This document shows positions 15,983 to 26,105 of a stretch of DNA of 64,000 nucleotides, piece after piece. A program made the translations under genes and the position numbers. Position 1 is the stretch's first letter. Every line of letters begins with the position of its first letter. Under the pieces are notes generated by a model. It worked only from the letters and a program-made list of their open reading frames with translations, was not told the origin of the DNA and did no database searches. Origin of the DNA: an uncultured virus (IMG/VR IMGVR_UViG_3300029288_000156) (lineage: Duplodnaviria > Heunggongvirae > Uroviricota > Caudoviricetes); IMG/VR virus record IMGVR_UViG_3300029288_000156; one strand, given 5' to 3'.

Positions 15983-16347
15983 CGGACGGTTGCTAATCTG
16001 CAGGCCGTAGATCTAGAAATGTTTAATAGCTTGCAAATCGTGCTGTATGACTCGCCATTCTTGCGAAGAGCTTTTATCCGCTTGACACGCTCGTCTTGAG
16101 CGGTGATCGTCGGCCTACCAAGTCGTTTGCCTTCTGCTCTTAGCTTCGCTACTGCAATAGTAGAAGCGCGGGCCTTGACTTTTCGCTCTTTATAGCGATG
16201 CAGAGCCCATAGTACGTTGAAGACGAACTCGGCATCGGGGTTCTTCCTCATGGTTCTTGTAATCGACTGTGACAGCTTATTAGCAAGAGCCTCAGAATCT
16301 TCCAATTCTTGCAAGAAGACTTTTGCAATCCCCTGGATCTGCCTCAT
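15979..16347 (-). CDS. resolvase-type C-terminal arm + HTH protein (no catalytic domain)
   Basis: AKLRAEGKRLGRP...IKALRKNGESYSTICKLLNISRSTACRL. Confidence 0.7.
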   Translation of the reverse strand: MRQIQGIAKVFLQELEDSEALANKLSQSITRTMRKNPDAEFVFNVLWALHRYKERKVKARASTIAVAKLRAEGKRLGRPTITAQDERVKRIKALRKNGESYSTICKLLNISRSTACRLATVR

Positions 16348-16682
16348 CTTCGCATCCCCAATACGTGTTTTTCGGTGTAATCGACCGCGCGATGAATGTT
16401 GTTGAGCAAGAATCGCGCTTCTTTCATGAAGGATTCGACTGCTTCTTGTGGGTCGTCGAAATGGCCAGCATCAGGCCAGAAGCTGTCACCGCACGGCACG
16501 TTCTCCGATTTGATGGAGAATAAGACGAAGAACTTGCCGTGACTCTCATGGACAGAGAGATACTTGTTGTGAGCGTAGAAATGCCAGCCACAGTTCTCGT
16601 GCACGTGCAACACCCAACCGGTGCCCTTGAGCTTTTGCATCATAACGGCACCCTTAGTCCGTGCTTCAACTTCTGTCATCAT
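16344..16682 (-). CDS. hypothetical protein
   Basis: coupled minus-strand operon. Confidence 0.6.
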   Translation of the reverse strand: MMTEVEARTKGAVMMQKLKGTGWVLHVHENCGWHFYAHNKYLSVHESHGKFFVLFSIKSENVPCGDSFWPDAGHFDDPQEAVESFMKEARFLLNNIHRAVDYTEKHVLGMRR

Positions 16683-17314
16683 AACTTTTTCCTATATCGG
16701 TTAGAACGTCTGATTTCAATACCAAACAACGTAGTGATGAACGGTACTGATAATGCCGGTATTGGCATTGGTGTCGGTGTCTGTTCGATTGGTGCTGTTG
16801 AAGCAACCAACATGGATTCGAGATTAGCTTGACGCAATTTCTCGGTATCATGGCGTTGCTTACATTTGTTGCATATCTCGTGATCTTTGTCGAGAGCATC
16901 TTCATCGAGTACGCTACCGCATTCCCAGCAATATTCTGGGCATTCACCGCACAGCCCGCTTTCCGGCCTCTCGGATGTTTGTAAGCGACCACAAGACCAG
17001 CAATACCATGAGATCAATCTTGATTCACGCTCTTCGGAACCTCGATTGCCTCGATACTCGATAATACCATCTCGCCGTAAATCAGATAGTATATTCTGAA
17101 CAAAGGTCTTAGTGCCGTATAGAACGGCCTTGTCGATCTCTGTCTTTTCAGGGTCTCTGACTCTTGATCGTGTACCCTTATAGAATTTTCGGGACGCCAC
17201 TTCTGGTTTGAGCAACCTTGATGCGAGGTTTATCAATTCATACTGTGGGTGCCAAGCTCTGTCTGCTAGGACTTCTAACATCCAGGCTTTAGTGATCGGA
17301 TTTTTGGAAGCCAC
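16679..17314 (-). CDS. wHTH-like + multiple CxxC Zn-finger protein
   Basis: CWSCG, CGEC, CWECG, CNKC. Confidence 0.65.
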   Translation of the reverse strand: MASKNPITKAWMLEVLADRAWHPQYELINLASRLLKPEVASRKFYKGTRSRVRDPEKTEIDKAVLYGTKTFVQNILSDLRRDGIIEYRGNRGSEERESRLISWYCWSCGRLQTSERPESGLCGECPEYCWECGSVLDEDALDKDHEICNKCKQRHDTEKLRQANLESMLVASTAPIEQTPTPMPIPALSVPFITTLFGIEIRRSNRYRKKL

Positions 17315-17316
17315 GC

Positions 17317-18444
17317 TTATCTCCGCCGTTTTTGTTGATTGATCCGTTTGGCGGTTGGTTGGCTACTCTTGGCTTTCTCGGCCCTTGCCTTCTCAGCCCT
17401 GGCTTTCTCGTAATTGCTCCAGATGCTCTCCATAGTCTTCCACAATTCTCTCCAATGATCACGAGCCTCTGAAACATCATGTGGGTCGGTGAATCCGAGA
17501 TGCTCGACGGTTGTACACTCCTTGCCGTGGTTTCCTTCAAGCAAGAAGTTATGAAAGGTGTGCATGTATTGCCAGAACTTCGTGCGAGGCTTTCGGCATT
17601 TGCCTTCGTTCGTCGCTGGCTTCCGCTTATCGGATGCAATTTGCAGTCTTGTTTTCCAGTCAGCGAGGGCGGCTTTGGCGGCTTGCTCGCCCGAGTCTGT
17701 GCAAGCTTGCACAACCTGATTCACTATCCGTTTCACAACTTCGCCGTTTGCTGCTTGGTTGTGCTGGACGATCAAGTGTGCCGTTTGGAATTTGAGATTC
17801 TTATTGCCTTTGATTTTGGCAATTTCCTTGATGGCGCTGATCTTCAATTTGGCAACGTCGACCAGCCCCTCTTCACTCAACTCCTTCTTTTGAGTCTCGA
17901 CTGCTAATCGACCAGCCAAGGTCGATTCCTTGATGTGAAAGTAGACAGCCAAGCTGCTGACTGACATGTTGTGTGTGCTCAACATATGCTGAGCGTTCTT
18001 GACAACAACATCGTCACGCAGTCCCTTCTTGACGCCGACGGTATTGCAACTGCGGGCGATCAACTCCCTTAGCATCTTGTCTTGGGTGTCGATGTAGTAG
18101 ACTTCGCAATCGAACTCGCTCGGCAAATCGCCCATTTCGACGAGGATTTCGAGCCCTCGGCTGCGGTGGATGCCATCAGGGATGAGATTTCCTTTGAACC
18201 CCAACTCTGCCGGGAAACAGACGAATCGTTCGACCAGCTTCGTCTGGCTGATACTGACGGCGAGCGATTCCGCATGAACTTCGTCGATAAGAGCTTCAAA
18301 CCGCGTCTGCATCTCTCTCGATCTTGGGATGTCGAAGTCGGTCGGAAAGCGCAGCTTCTTGACGATAAACTTCACGCCAATCGCCTGGAGGTGAGTCTCC
18401 ATCTGCTTGTTCGCACTCCAATTAATCTTCAACTGGTCTGCCAT
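17317..18444 (-). CDS. ParB/Srx-like protein with HTH
   Basis: IPDGIHRSRG (DGxHR motif) followed by MSVSSLAVYFHIKESTL HTH-like segment. Confidence 0.55.
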   Translation of the reverse strand: MADQLKINWSANKQMETHLQAIGVKFIVKKLRFPTDFDIPRSREMQTRFEALIDEVHAESLAVSISQTKLVERFVCFPAELGFKGNLIPDGIHRSRGLEILVEMGDLPSEFDCEVYYIDTQDKMLRELIARSCNTVGVKKGLRDDVVVKNAQHMLSTHNMSVSSLAVYFHIKESTLAGRLAVETQKKELSEEGLVDVAKLKISAIKEIAKIKGNKNLKFQTAHLIVQHNQAANGEVVKRIVNQVVQACTDSGEQAAKAALADWKTRLQIASDKRKPATNEGKCRKPRTKFWQYMHTFHNFLLEGNHGKECTTVEHLGFTDPHDVSEARDHWRELWKTMESIWSNYEKARAEKARAEKAKSSQPTAKRINQQKRRR

Positions 18445-18479
18445 TGTATGCTCCGGGGTAAAGTGTCAAAAACCGGTGA

Positions 18480-18508
18480 ATTATAGCACGACGATACGCA
18501 GGAATTAA
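18480..18508 (-). promoter_or_regulatory. promoter for the ParB-like operon
   Basis: minus strand TTAATT-N17-TATAAT with CGTGC. Confidence 0.7.
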
Positions 18509-18691
18509 TTTCCCGCCTAGAGCTTGTGCTATAATTAGCGCACATATCAAGAATCTGGCTCTGGTAATTTAAGATATATCGATTGTCGTAGTGAAAATAT
18601 ATCTGTTACATCGTCTAGTTCGTACGGTAATATTTCCGTACGTTTCAATAGAAACTATGGCGACAGTCGTGTCAACTATATGTAACAGCGG

Positions 18692-19642
18692 CTATGATAT
18701 ACCGAGCTGCTGTAGTTTTATCTCTAACTCTTTTCTTTCCCGTTTTCCTAGTGGCTTACCCCCCATTTGTTCTTCCGGATGTAATATTTTACGTATTTCC
18801 AAGATCTCCGGTTGGCTTAACGTCATAGCGTTAAGCTGATAATCCTCAAATGCCTCCCAAGCGAATGGGACAACGCCTTGAATGAGTTTCGCAATAGCAT
18901 TTGCGTATGTTCTGATTTCAAGTTGGGCATGGCTATCCATGCGTAAACCCAAGAAATGAAATAGATTGTTGCCGTCGATCTTCCAATATGCCTCGGTATA
19001 TGTGCTCAGCGGCAGATCTTTTCTGGCTTGCTCTCTGGCGATACCAGCATCAATCCTCTCCAGATACACTCGGTTAGCAAGCTCATGTAGCTCTGCTTCT
19101 CTCTTTGAGAGATATTCGCCAGTGAATTCGTAATAGGCTGCTGGGTCTGGGGGAGAATGCAGGTGTGCTGGTGCGAACTCACCAGAACCCTGCTTACGAT
19201 CACTGGCTTGTAGCCGCCATTGGTCGGCGCTTGTAACACTGCGGCTATCGATGGCTTCGCTATATCGTGTCGAATACTCATTCACGCTTGCGGTGCGATG
19301 TCGTATCCATTGACGCCAACAATCCATCGGAACGCGAACATGGAATTTGAACTCTACCATCTCTAACGGCGAAGTGTGTCGATGGCTCATCAAATAGCGT
19401 ATGAGAGATCTATCATCGCTGACAGCTTTTGTTCCAGCACCATAACTCACTCTGGCAGCTTGAACTATTGCTGAATCGTCGCCCATACGGTCGACAAGGC
19501 GAACAAAACCATCGTCTAGGCATTCGATCAGGCGACCGGTATTCATCGCATTCAGAAGACTGCGGAGCTTTTCACCAGTCGATAATCTGGTTTCTAAATC
19601 TTCGATATCGGGTAATGCATTAAGACGGGACAGAATGCTCAT
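18692..19642 (-). CDS. thyX: FAD-dependent thymidylate synthase
   Basis: AARVSY, HTSPLEM, RQWIRHRTASVNEYSTRY, EQARKDLP, HAQLEIR. Confidence 0.97.
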   Translation of the reverse strand: MSILSRLNALPDIEDLETRLSTGEKLRSLLNAMNTGRLIECLDDGFVRLVDRMGDDSAIVQAARVSYGAGTKAVSDDRSLIRYLMSHRHTSPLEMVEFKFHVRVPMDCWRQWIRHRTASVNEYSTRYSEAIDSRSVTSADQWRLQASDRKQGSGEFAPAHLHSPPDPAAYYEFTGEYLSKREAELHELANRVYLERIDAGIAREQARKDLPLSTYTEAYWKIDGNNLFHFLGLRMDSHAQLEIRTYANAIAKLIQGVVPFAWEAFEDYQLNAMTLSQPEILEIRKILHPEEQMGGKPLGKRERKELEIKLQQLGIS

Positions 19643-20187
19643 TATGCAGACAATTCCTCATTAGATGGTCCAACTACTTCTCCGATCTTGCTGAATTCAA
19701 CAAGATCATCAAACCAATATCCATATCGTCTTACGTTTTGTGCCAAAACGCCTAGATCGACTGGGAGAATCCGCCATTTTGGTTCACCATTCTTGTCGAG
19801 TTTTTGCTGTTCTGTAAGGATGATTCTACCGAAATCGTCCTTACAAATAATGCGTTTCTTGTTCTCGACGATGACCTGTGGCTCACACACTGGCTCGATC
19901 CTGGTTAAGTGAAGATCGATGAGAGCGTCACGTTGATCTCCCTGCAATATCTCTTGCCAGACCTCGCCGACAATTGTGATGCAGAAATCAAAATCGCCCT
20001 TCTGCCAAATTTTGTTGGCTGTTGAGAATTTGCGCAGATTGCCCAAATTCAACCTGTTGACCTTGAAAGGCTTTGCATCCGACAACTCAATAACAATCGA
20101 TACGCTTTCGAGTTGTGAATGGTATTTGTCTTTGACTTCTTGTAATCTCTCGGTAATTTCAGCTGGTGCTGGCCAGACTAACGCCAT
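19642..20187 (-). CDS. phage metallopeptidase-like protein, metal motif degenerate
   Basis: DFCITI..EVW...QRDALIDLHLTRI where the family has ALxDHELxH; C-terminal DL...NVRRYG. Confidence 0.55.
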   Translation of the reverse strand: MALVWPAPAEITERLQEVKDKYHSQLESVSIVIELSDAKPFKVNRLNLGNLRKFSTANKIWQKGDFDFCITIVGEVWQEILQGDQRDALIDLHLTRIEPVCEPQVIVENKKRIICKDDFGRIILTEQQKLDKNGEPKWRILPVDLGVLAQNVRRYGYWFDDLVEFSKIGEVVGPSNEELSA

Positions 20188-20240
20188 GATCGTTCTCCTT
20201 GGGTTAGATTATCAAATACGTTGGTATTTAATGTAGGAAC

Positions 20241-20462
20241 GTGGAACCAAACATGAACGCAGATAGAGTACGTAAGAAACTCGTCCGTAGAATACTGCGA
20301 TATGATACCAAAATTCATACATTGGTTGAGCTATTTGAGGCTATGGGAACTGAAGAGAAAGAAATACGTCACGAGATTGCGGAGACCATAGCCGAGATAT
20401 TGTATCCCGACGGTATCGCTAGAATATCAGAGGTTATCCATCCGAATGGAATAATTTCTTAA
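20241..20462 (+). CDS. hypothetical protein
   Basis: AGGA RBS. Confidence 0.5.
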   Translation: MEPNMNADRVRKKLVRRILRYDTKIHTLVELFEAMGTEEKEIRHEIAETIAEILYPDGIARISEVIHPNGIIS

Positions 20463-20486
20463 TACTACACTAATTAAAGATATATT

Positions 20487-21185
20487 ATGCAGCTAGCCGC
20501 GCTTCATAATCCAGCTAAGCAAATCCGTAAAAAACTCATTGGTAGGTTTGGTGATATCTCTATCTATCGTGTTGACGGAGAGCAAGTTCGTTCTATAAGC
20601 AATGGGCTAGAGGAATTTAATGAGTCTGCTAGTCATATGATAATCGATGCGATTCCAGAAAATGAAGGCTGGGTTGAGAATACCGTAACTAAAGAGGAAT
20701 TGCCATTTGTTGTTTTTGGTTTGGTGTCCGGAATGATATCTGGCAATTATGATGCAGGCGAATTAGCCGAAAAAGCGGAACGATATAAAGTATCGCCATC
20801 ACAGGATGGTGCTTCTGGGACTCCTGACCCTAATACTTATATTCAAAAACTTGGCGACATATTTGGCGTCAAGTTTTATTTAATTGATGCAAACGTAGTA
20901 CGTAATCAATATAAGGTTGACTTCGCTTTGGGCGGTAACAATGGCCCATACGATTGGGTACCAAGAGATGAGATCTGGTTAGACGCAGCCATACACCCTA
21001 GTGAGCTACCTTATATCGCTCTACATGAATTCTACGAACGACATAGAATGCTGCAAAATGGTTTAACTTATGATAAAGCACACGCAGCAGCTTCTTCTGT
21101 TGAGTGGAAAGCTAGAGAAGGCGAGAAACTACCGCAAGAACACATTAAGCTAATGCAGTTTGTTCGTAATGCAATACGTATTTAA
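20487..21185 (+). CDS. internally duplicated zincin-like protein
   Basis: two copies of (V/I)D...VR...F...P..E.W...ELP; second copy has LHEFYE...AH. Confidence 0.55.
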   Translation: MQLAALHNPAKQIRKKLIGRFGDISIYRVDGEQVRSISNGLEEFNESASHMIIDAIPENEGWVENTVTKEELPFVVFGLVSGMISGNYDAGELAEKAERYKVSPSQDGASGTPDPNTYIQKLGDIFGVKFYLIDANVVRNQYKVDFALGGNNGPYDWVPRDEIWLDAAIHPSELPYIALHEFYERHRMLQNGLTYDKAHAAASSVEWKAREGEKLPQEHIKLMQFVRNAIRI

Positions 21186-21191
21186 TTTGCG

Positions 21192-21488
21192 TTATCTTAG
21201 TTGGTTAGCTTGTCGTCGGGCGGCGACTAGAATTATGTCTAACTTACGATGTAGGGTCTTCGACACAGGTTGTCCAGCAATTAGTTCACGTATCATCGAC
21301 CTCAGGCTATCTGCCTGGTATGTCATGCCATTCTCGATAATTTCTCGTATGTCTTCCTTTGTAAAAGACAAAGCATAATCCAACCATCCTTGGTATAATG
21401 TATTACCAGCTTTAACGAGTTCTAGTTCTTCGAAGAATGATTCCATAATGTATCTTTGCACGTTTGACTCTCTGTAGGTCATTGTCAT
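21192..21488 (-). CDS. hypothetical protein
   Basis: 98-aa ORF. Confidence 0.55.
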   Translation of the reverse strand: MTMTYRESNVQRYIMESFFEELELVKAGNTLYQGWLDYALSFTKEDIREIIENGMTYQADSLRSMIRELIAGQPVSKTLHRKLDIILVAARRQANQLR

Positions 21489-21518
21489 AGTAGTACTCTC
21501 TTTGATGAAAGGTTAGCG

Positions 21519-21905
21519 ATGGACCAGGAAATAGATCATTTGGCTTGCAGATATTGCGGTAAAGAGGCTAAGAGCAAGTCTGGCCTTACCAACCATGAAA
21601 AGACTTGTAAGAAGGCTCCAAAAGGTTCAGGAGATGTGAACGTGAGCGATCGAGACCAGAGGCCGGAAGAAGAAGACGACGATCAAGATTTCGACCAAGA
21701 TCACGGTCAGCGGCATGACAGGTCGAAGTCGCCCAAAACAGGGCAATGGCAGATCGGTGCATTCTTCATGATGCCCGACCATATTCCCATGCTGCTCGAC
21801 ATCGACTTCTGTTCTGCGTTGAGCACGCATATCCTGGAGCATGGTAGCTCAAATAGTGCTATTATGGCCTTTGCACACCAGCTAAATAAAGTTGCTGGAG
21901 ACTGA
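21519..21905 (+). CDS. C2HC/C2H2 Zn-finger protein
   Basis: CRYCGKEAKSKSGLTNHEKTC. Confidence 0.65.
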   Translation: MDQEIDHLACRYCGKEAKSKSGLTNHEKTCKKAPKGSGDVNVSDRDQRPEEEDDDQDFDQDHGQRHDRSKSPKTGQWQIGAFFMMPDHIPMLLDIDFCSALSTHILEHGSSNSAIMAFAHQLNKVAGD

Positions 21906-22069
21906 TGCAATTTTCAAGATTAGCGTTAGCCGCAGCCACAGCACTGGTAATTCTCGCCTATTTTGGTGCTCTACTGTTGGTTGAACGCTTTCTTGTTTTG
22001 GGTGTCCGGTCCTATATCATCGCAGCTATCGTATGGCTACTGTGTCTTGCACTTGTGCGGAAGCGGTAG
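21905..22069 (+). CDS. 54-aa two-TM membrane protein (below the ORF-track cutoff; holin-like topology)
   Basis: MQFSRLALAAATALVILAYFGALLLVERFLVLGVRSYIIAAIVWLLCLALVRKR; GGAG RBS; TGATG coupling. Confidence 0.55.
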   Translation: MQFSRLALAAATALVILAYFGALLLVERFLVLGVRSYIIAAIVWLLCLALVRKR

Positions 22070-22116
22070 TAGTAGATATGTGATGAAATATATTGAAAAG
22101 GGTCCGGGGTCATCCT

Positions 22117-25100
22117 ATGTCTATACAGAATAATGGTTCCATACCAGTCCAATTACCAACCAATCCGGTCGACGGCCAGATATGGATAGATGGCAATTTA
22201 GTCCGATGGCGTTGGTCGGCTGAATATGACGTCTGGGTGAATATTGGGTCAGCGACTACTTATCCGCAGGCCGACGTAAACACAACCGGCTTGATGAGCC
22301 CGCAGGATAAGAGGTTTCTAGACTCTATTCCTATCATCGCCGGTGCTTTTGGGATTATTACTGACCAGAGCGCAATTATTAGGTCACAGGACAATCGCGT
22401 TGGTCTTGTTAGCGGAGCCGTCCAGCTCCATAGCGATAGCTTGACTATTGAGTGCATCGATGCCAGTGGGTCGCCATATCTCGGGCAACCATTGCCAGAC
22501 GATCCCACTGGTGTCAATCTAGCAGGTCTCAAATTCTCGCTTAATACTGTATTTCTCGATACACTATGTCTTGAGGTAGTTGGTCCAACTGGCAAAAAGG
22601 GCGAGAAAGGCCCCGATGGACTGCCTGGAACAGATGGTTTTAACGATGGTCCCGCTGGAGAGCAGGGCGATCCAGGAAAAGACGCTACTGTTGCTTATAC
22701 TTTTAGCGGTATAAAGGTAGTTGACACTTCTGATATTGTCGACACAGCAGTAGTAGCTTTACAAATGGACGGTTCTGGTGGTCGTCTATCTTATACGACT
22801 GCTAAGATGAATGTGCCGTCGAATACAGCGCCAGCAGATCAGTTAGCAGCGCAGCCAATCCAGCGGTCTCTAATTTATCCAACAGTTGCTGAGAATGGGA
22901 AAGATTACGTCACACTCGATGACTGGAAACTGTCGATTCCGAATGGCGACCCGTTATCTGATGACCCAGAAGTTTTGTTGGTGAAGATGTCTCCCGATAT
23001 AGAGGTAGGGCAGGCTTTACCAATTGAATTAACAAAACTGACCGATTTAATAACAGTTGTGGTCGATTCCTATAAAGCTAAACTTGAGACATTCCAAGAT
23101 ACGTGGATGGCTCAAATGAAGACTTACGTAGAGAGCAAGGATTCAGCCGCTCGAACAGTATTATCATCGATCGCGCAGCAAGTTGCACAATGTGAATTTC
23201 AGCGACCATTGGAATTCTGTCTCGGTATCGCGCCATCTGATTGCTCGCAGGGTGTAGCCAACACACAGTTAATGGCTGATGTTGATGAGGTGGCTACAAC
23301 AATCTACGTCGATTCGCCCACAAGTTTTCCAACAACCGGGCCATATACCGTTTATGTTGGTACTGAACATATGCTTGTTACTGCAGGTTACGGCACCACA
23401 ACATGGACTGTGACCAGAGGCGCAGACGGGACAACACCGACAACACATTCTGCTGATACTGCTGTTGTATTGAAAATCGAAGTTGTTATCCCTGTGGTAG
23501 AAGCTGGCGAAAGCCCACAACCAGCACCTACATCGTCTAGTACGACAACATCAGCAGTATCATCTACTGATAGTACGAGTGCTGACTCGACTACGCTGAT
23601 GCGCACTAAATATTCGACATCGGCACCGTTCGACCCGACAGATCCGGCCAAATGCTTGCTGCCGTATCGAATGATGCAAATAATCATTACAGACGAAGCC
23701 AACCCAGTCTACGTGACCGGAATCCCTGATGAGAATTTGAACATAGTCAATTATTACAATAACGACAAAGCAGCTTGGGAGAAATTCATAAACAACCTGA
23801 CTGCTAATCAGGTTGTTGCGCTCGGCTTGTTACAGATACCGAACACAGACTCGACCTATTACGGTGACGAGCGCGACATGAAATGTGCAGATTGCACATT
23901 ACCATACGATTCGATGAGAGCAGAAACATTTTATCACTTGTTGCAGGCACAAGAGCCCAAGATTACATCGAACGATATTGTTACTTTTGTCGATAGAATG
24001 TTGACTAGAATTGAGTATGATTATGAAGATCCTATAAAATTGTGCGGTAGCGATTTTGAACCAAACCAAATAAACATCCTATATAAATCGAAAGCACTGA
24101 GTGCTGATTCTCAATATGCTCTAGAAGAACAAGCTGCACTTGAAGACGCCATCGCAGATCTTCAGGTAAAGTATCCAACCATATGCTTTGTTTCAACTAT
24201 TAGCTCGTCGTCACCAGACCACAACCAGGACGATCGTTGGCTTCAAGATGCAACGGCTACTGCCAGCAGGTATATGTGCTATCAGCCACCTACAGCGACG
24301 GTCCCAGGGACAGACCATGTTGTTATAATGTGCATCGCAGACGAGGCTAGCCCGATTTATAGTTATAGTGGGTACAAGGGTCCGGATGGCGTGAGTGGTC
24401 CGATAGGCATACCACAAGGAATGACTGCATGGGACTATGATCTCGCAAAGTGGAAGGATTCACTTGCTGTATTGCGTGGTAGTGATAATAAAGTACGGCT
24501 TGGCGTTCTGCAGCCTCAAGGATATGGCGGTGCTCCTCCTCGTGGTGGCGCTTTGAAACCGAACAATGCTGCGTGGCCTGGCGATACCGATAGAAGTAAG
24601 ATCACTATAGTGCAAACGAACACGCAATCGTTTACGTCCAGTGATATGTTATCAACATTTAAGACGATAACAAACAATGGTCAATTTACCCCGACTATTT
24701 TGTATATCGTTGTTGATACTTCGGGTTCTCTTGGCAATCCGAGTGATGTCGATGATATTGTATCGGCTGGAGTTTCATTGATTCAAAAAACATATCCGGC
24801 TTTGCATGTGATGACAGATGTTGTCGATATCGGCACGAACAAAGCTGGCGAACTTGCGATTCCTCCTGCAATTAGTGGTTATGTTACACAGGCAGCAAGC
24901 TCGCAATATCTATGGGGCTGGGAGTATGTGTCGCCAGCCAAACAAACTATTTTATTCCCAACTTTATATGTGCGATCTACTATTGATGCTGCTGAAAGGT
25001 GGCTCGGTCGTGCTGTTGGTATAGTTGAACAACTTCTTTATTATTGGATGCCGAGGCCGACATATATTCCCACGGCAGCTTATCAAATGTTGGTATTGGT

Positions 25101-26094
25101 GATAACTGATGAATCAAACTGCAGTGCTGTTCGGAATACGAACGACGGTTATCACAGTTATGAAGGTGTAGGATTTAATACTGGATATGACAATTACAAG
25201 CGAGACAAGGCACAATGGGATACTTGGCTTAGCTCGTTATGTTCAGGCCAATATGCTCAAATTGGAATATTGCAGCTAGCTAACCCAGGTCCGTCGACTT
25301 ATCCAGAACAAACCGACCGTGGCCCTGATTCATATACGCTGGCCGATGGCTCCAAGACTGCAGGTTGGATTATCGATGAGGCACACCCATTCACGCAGGA
25401 TGAGAGGGATATATTACCTGATACGTCGTGGGGTACTAATATAGATCTTACAGACGAAGATGGTAGTTTTCCAAGAGATAGCAAGGGAGTTATCACACAT
25501 AAAGTATTGCCATGGCGTGGGTTCGGCGTGCAGAGAGTTACGGCGACAGATATTATGGAATTCTATAACGAAATTACCAACACTGGGGCGTCTTGCCCAG
25601 ATATAGTGGTAATGCTTCTAGATACCACTGAATCAATGAAGCCTACACTGAGATATTGGATTAATAGTGTAGTGACCGAGCATAACAATACTACTCATGG
25701 TGTTAATGTAGATCGAACATCTCCGCTTTCGTACTATGACGAAACTCTGGGAAGATGGATTGGCCCAAGAACAAGTGGTGCTGTCGACACCATCGAAACT
25801 GATGTCGGTTTCGTTATGAACGATGAAATTACTAGCGCCATCCTAGCACTGCAATGTGTTGTTCCTGCTGCTGGCTATACGACATATGGCTATAAGCATC
25901 CGCTTGTTGCTGAGATATCATTTAATGGCAGGTGGCTGCAAGCAATCAACACAGCAACGACATTCTTCCTAAATAAAGAAAATGACACTACCTTCCACGT
26001 CGGCAATGAAACTTGGTGGAGTAGTTATAGAAACGGCGTATGCCAGCAAGTCATAAATACGACAATTCCGTGTTCTGATTGCGGCAGCCCGTAA
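22117..26094 (+). CDS. large virion/tail-associated protein with collagen-like segment and vWA-like repeats
   Basis: PTNPVDGQIW; GLMSPQDK; GPTGKKGEKGPDGLPG; IIITDE/VITDE, VVDTSGS, LLDTTES. Confidence 0.75.
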   Translation: MSIQNNGSIPVQLPTNPVDGQIWIDGNLVRWRWSAEYDVWVNIGSATTYPQADVNTTGLMSPQDKRFLDSIPIIAGAFGIITDQSAIIRSQDNRVGLVSGAVQLHSDSLTIECIDASGSPYLGQPLPDDPTGVNLAGLKFSLNTVFLDTLCLEVVGPTGKKGEKGPDGLPGTDGFNDGPAGEQGDPGKDATVAYTFSGIKVVDTSDIVDTAVVALQMDGSGGRLSYTTAKMNVPSNTAPADQLAAQPIQRSLIYPTVAENGKDYVTLDDWKLSIPNGDPLSDDPEVLLVKMSPDIEVGQALPIELTKLTDLITVVVDSYKAKLETFQDTWMAQMKTYVESKDSAARTVLSSIAQQVAQCEFQRPLEFCLGIAPSDCSQGVANTQLMADVDEVATTIYVDSPTSFPTTGPYTVYVGTEHMLVTAGYGTTTWTVTRGADGTTPTTHSADTAVVLKIEVVIPVVEAGESPQPAPTSSSTTTSAVSSTDSTSADSTTLMRTKYSTSAPFDPTDPAKCLLPYRMMQIIITDEANPVYVTGIPDENLNIVNYYNNDKAAWEKFINNLTANQVVALGLLQIPNTDSTYYGDERDMKCADCTLPYDSMRAETFYHLLQAQEPKITSNDIVTFVDRMLTRIEYDYEDPIKLCGSDFEPNQINILYKSKALSADSQYALEEQAALEDAIADLQVKYPTICFVSTISSSSPDHNQDDRWLQDATATASRYMCYQPPTATVPGTDHVVIMCIADEASPIYSYSGYKGPDGVSGPIGIPQGMTAWDYDLAKWKDSLAVLRGSDNKVRLGVLQPQGYGGAPPRGGALKPNNAAWPGDTDRSKITIVQTNTQSFTSSDMLSTFKTITNNGQFTPTILYIVVDTSGSLGNPSDVDDIVSAGVSLIQKTYPALHVMTDVVDIGTNKAGELAIPPAISGYVTQAASSQYLWGWEYVSPAKQTILFPTLYVRSTIDAAERWLGRAVGIVEQLLYYWMPRPTYIPTAAYQMLVLVITDESNCSAVRNTNDGYHSYEGVGFNTGYDNYKRDKAQWDTWLSSLCSGQYAQIGILQLANPGPSTYPEQTDRGPDSYTLADGSKTAGWIIDEAHPFTQDERDILPDTSWGTNIDLTDEDGSFPRDSKGVITHKVLPWRGFGVQRVTATDIMEFYNEITNTGASCPDIVVMLLDTTESMKPTLRYWINSVVTEHNNTTHGVNVDRTSPLSYYDETLGRWIGPRTSGAVDTIETDVGFVMNDEITSAILALQCVVPAAGYTTYGYKHPLVAEISFNGRWLQAINTATTFFLNKENDTTFHVGNETWWSSYRNGVCQQVINTTIPCSDCGSP

Positions 26095-26105
26095 TCTAAG
26101 GCATT

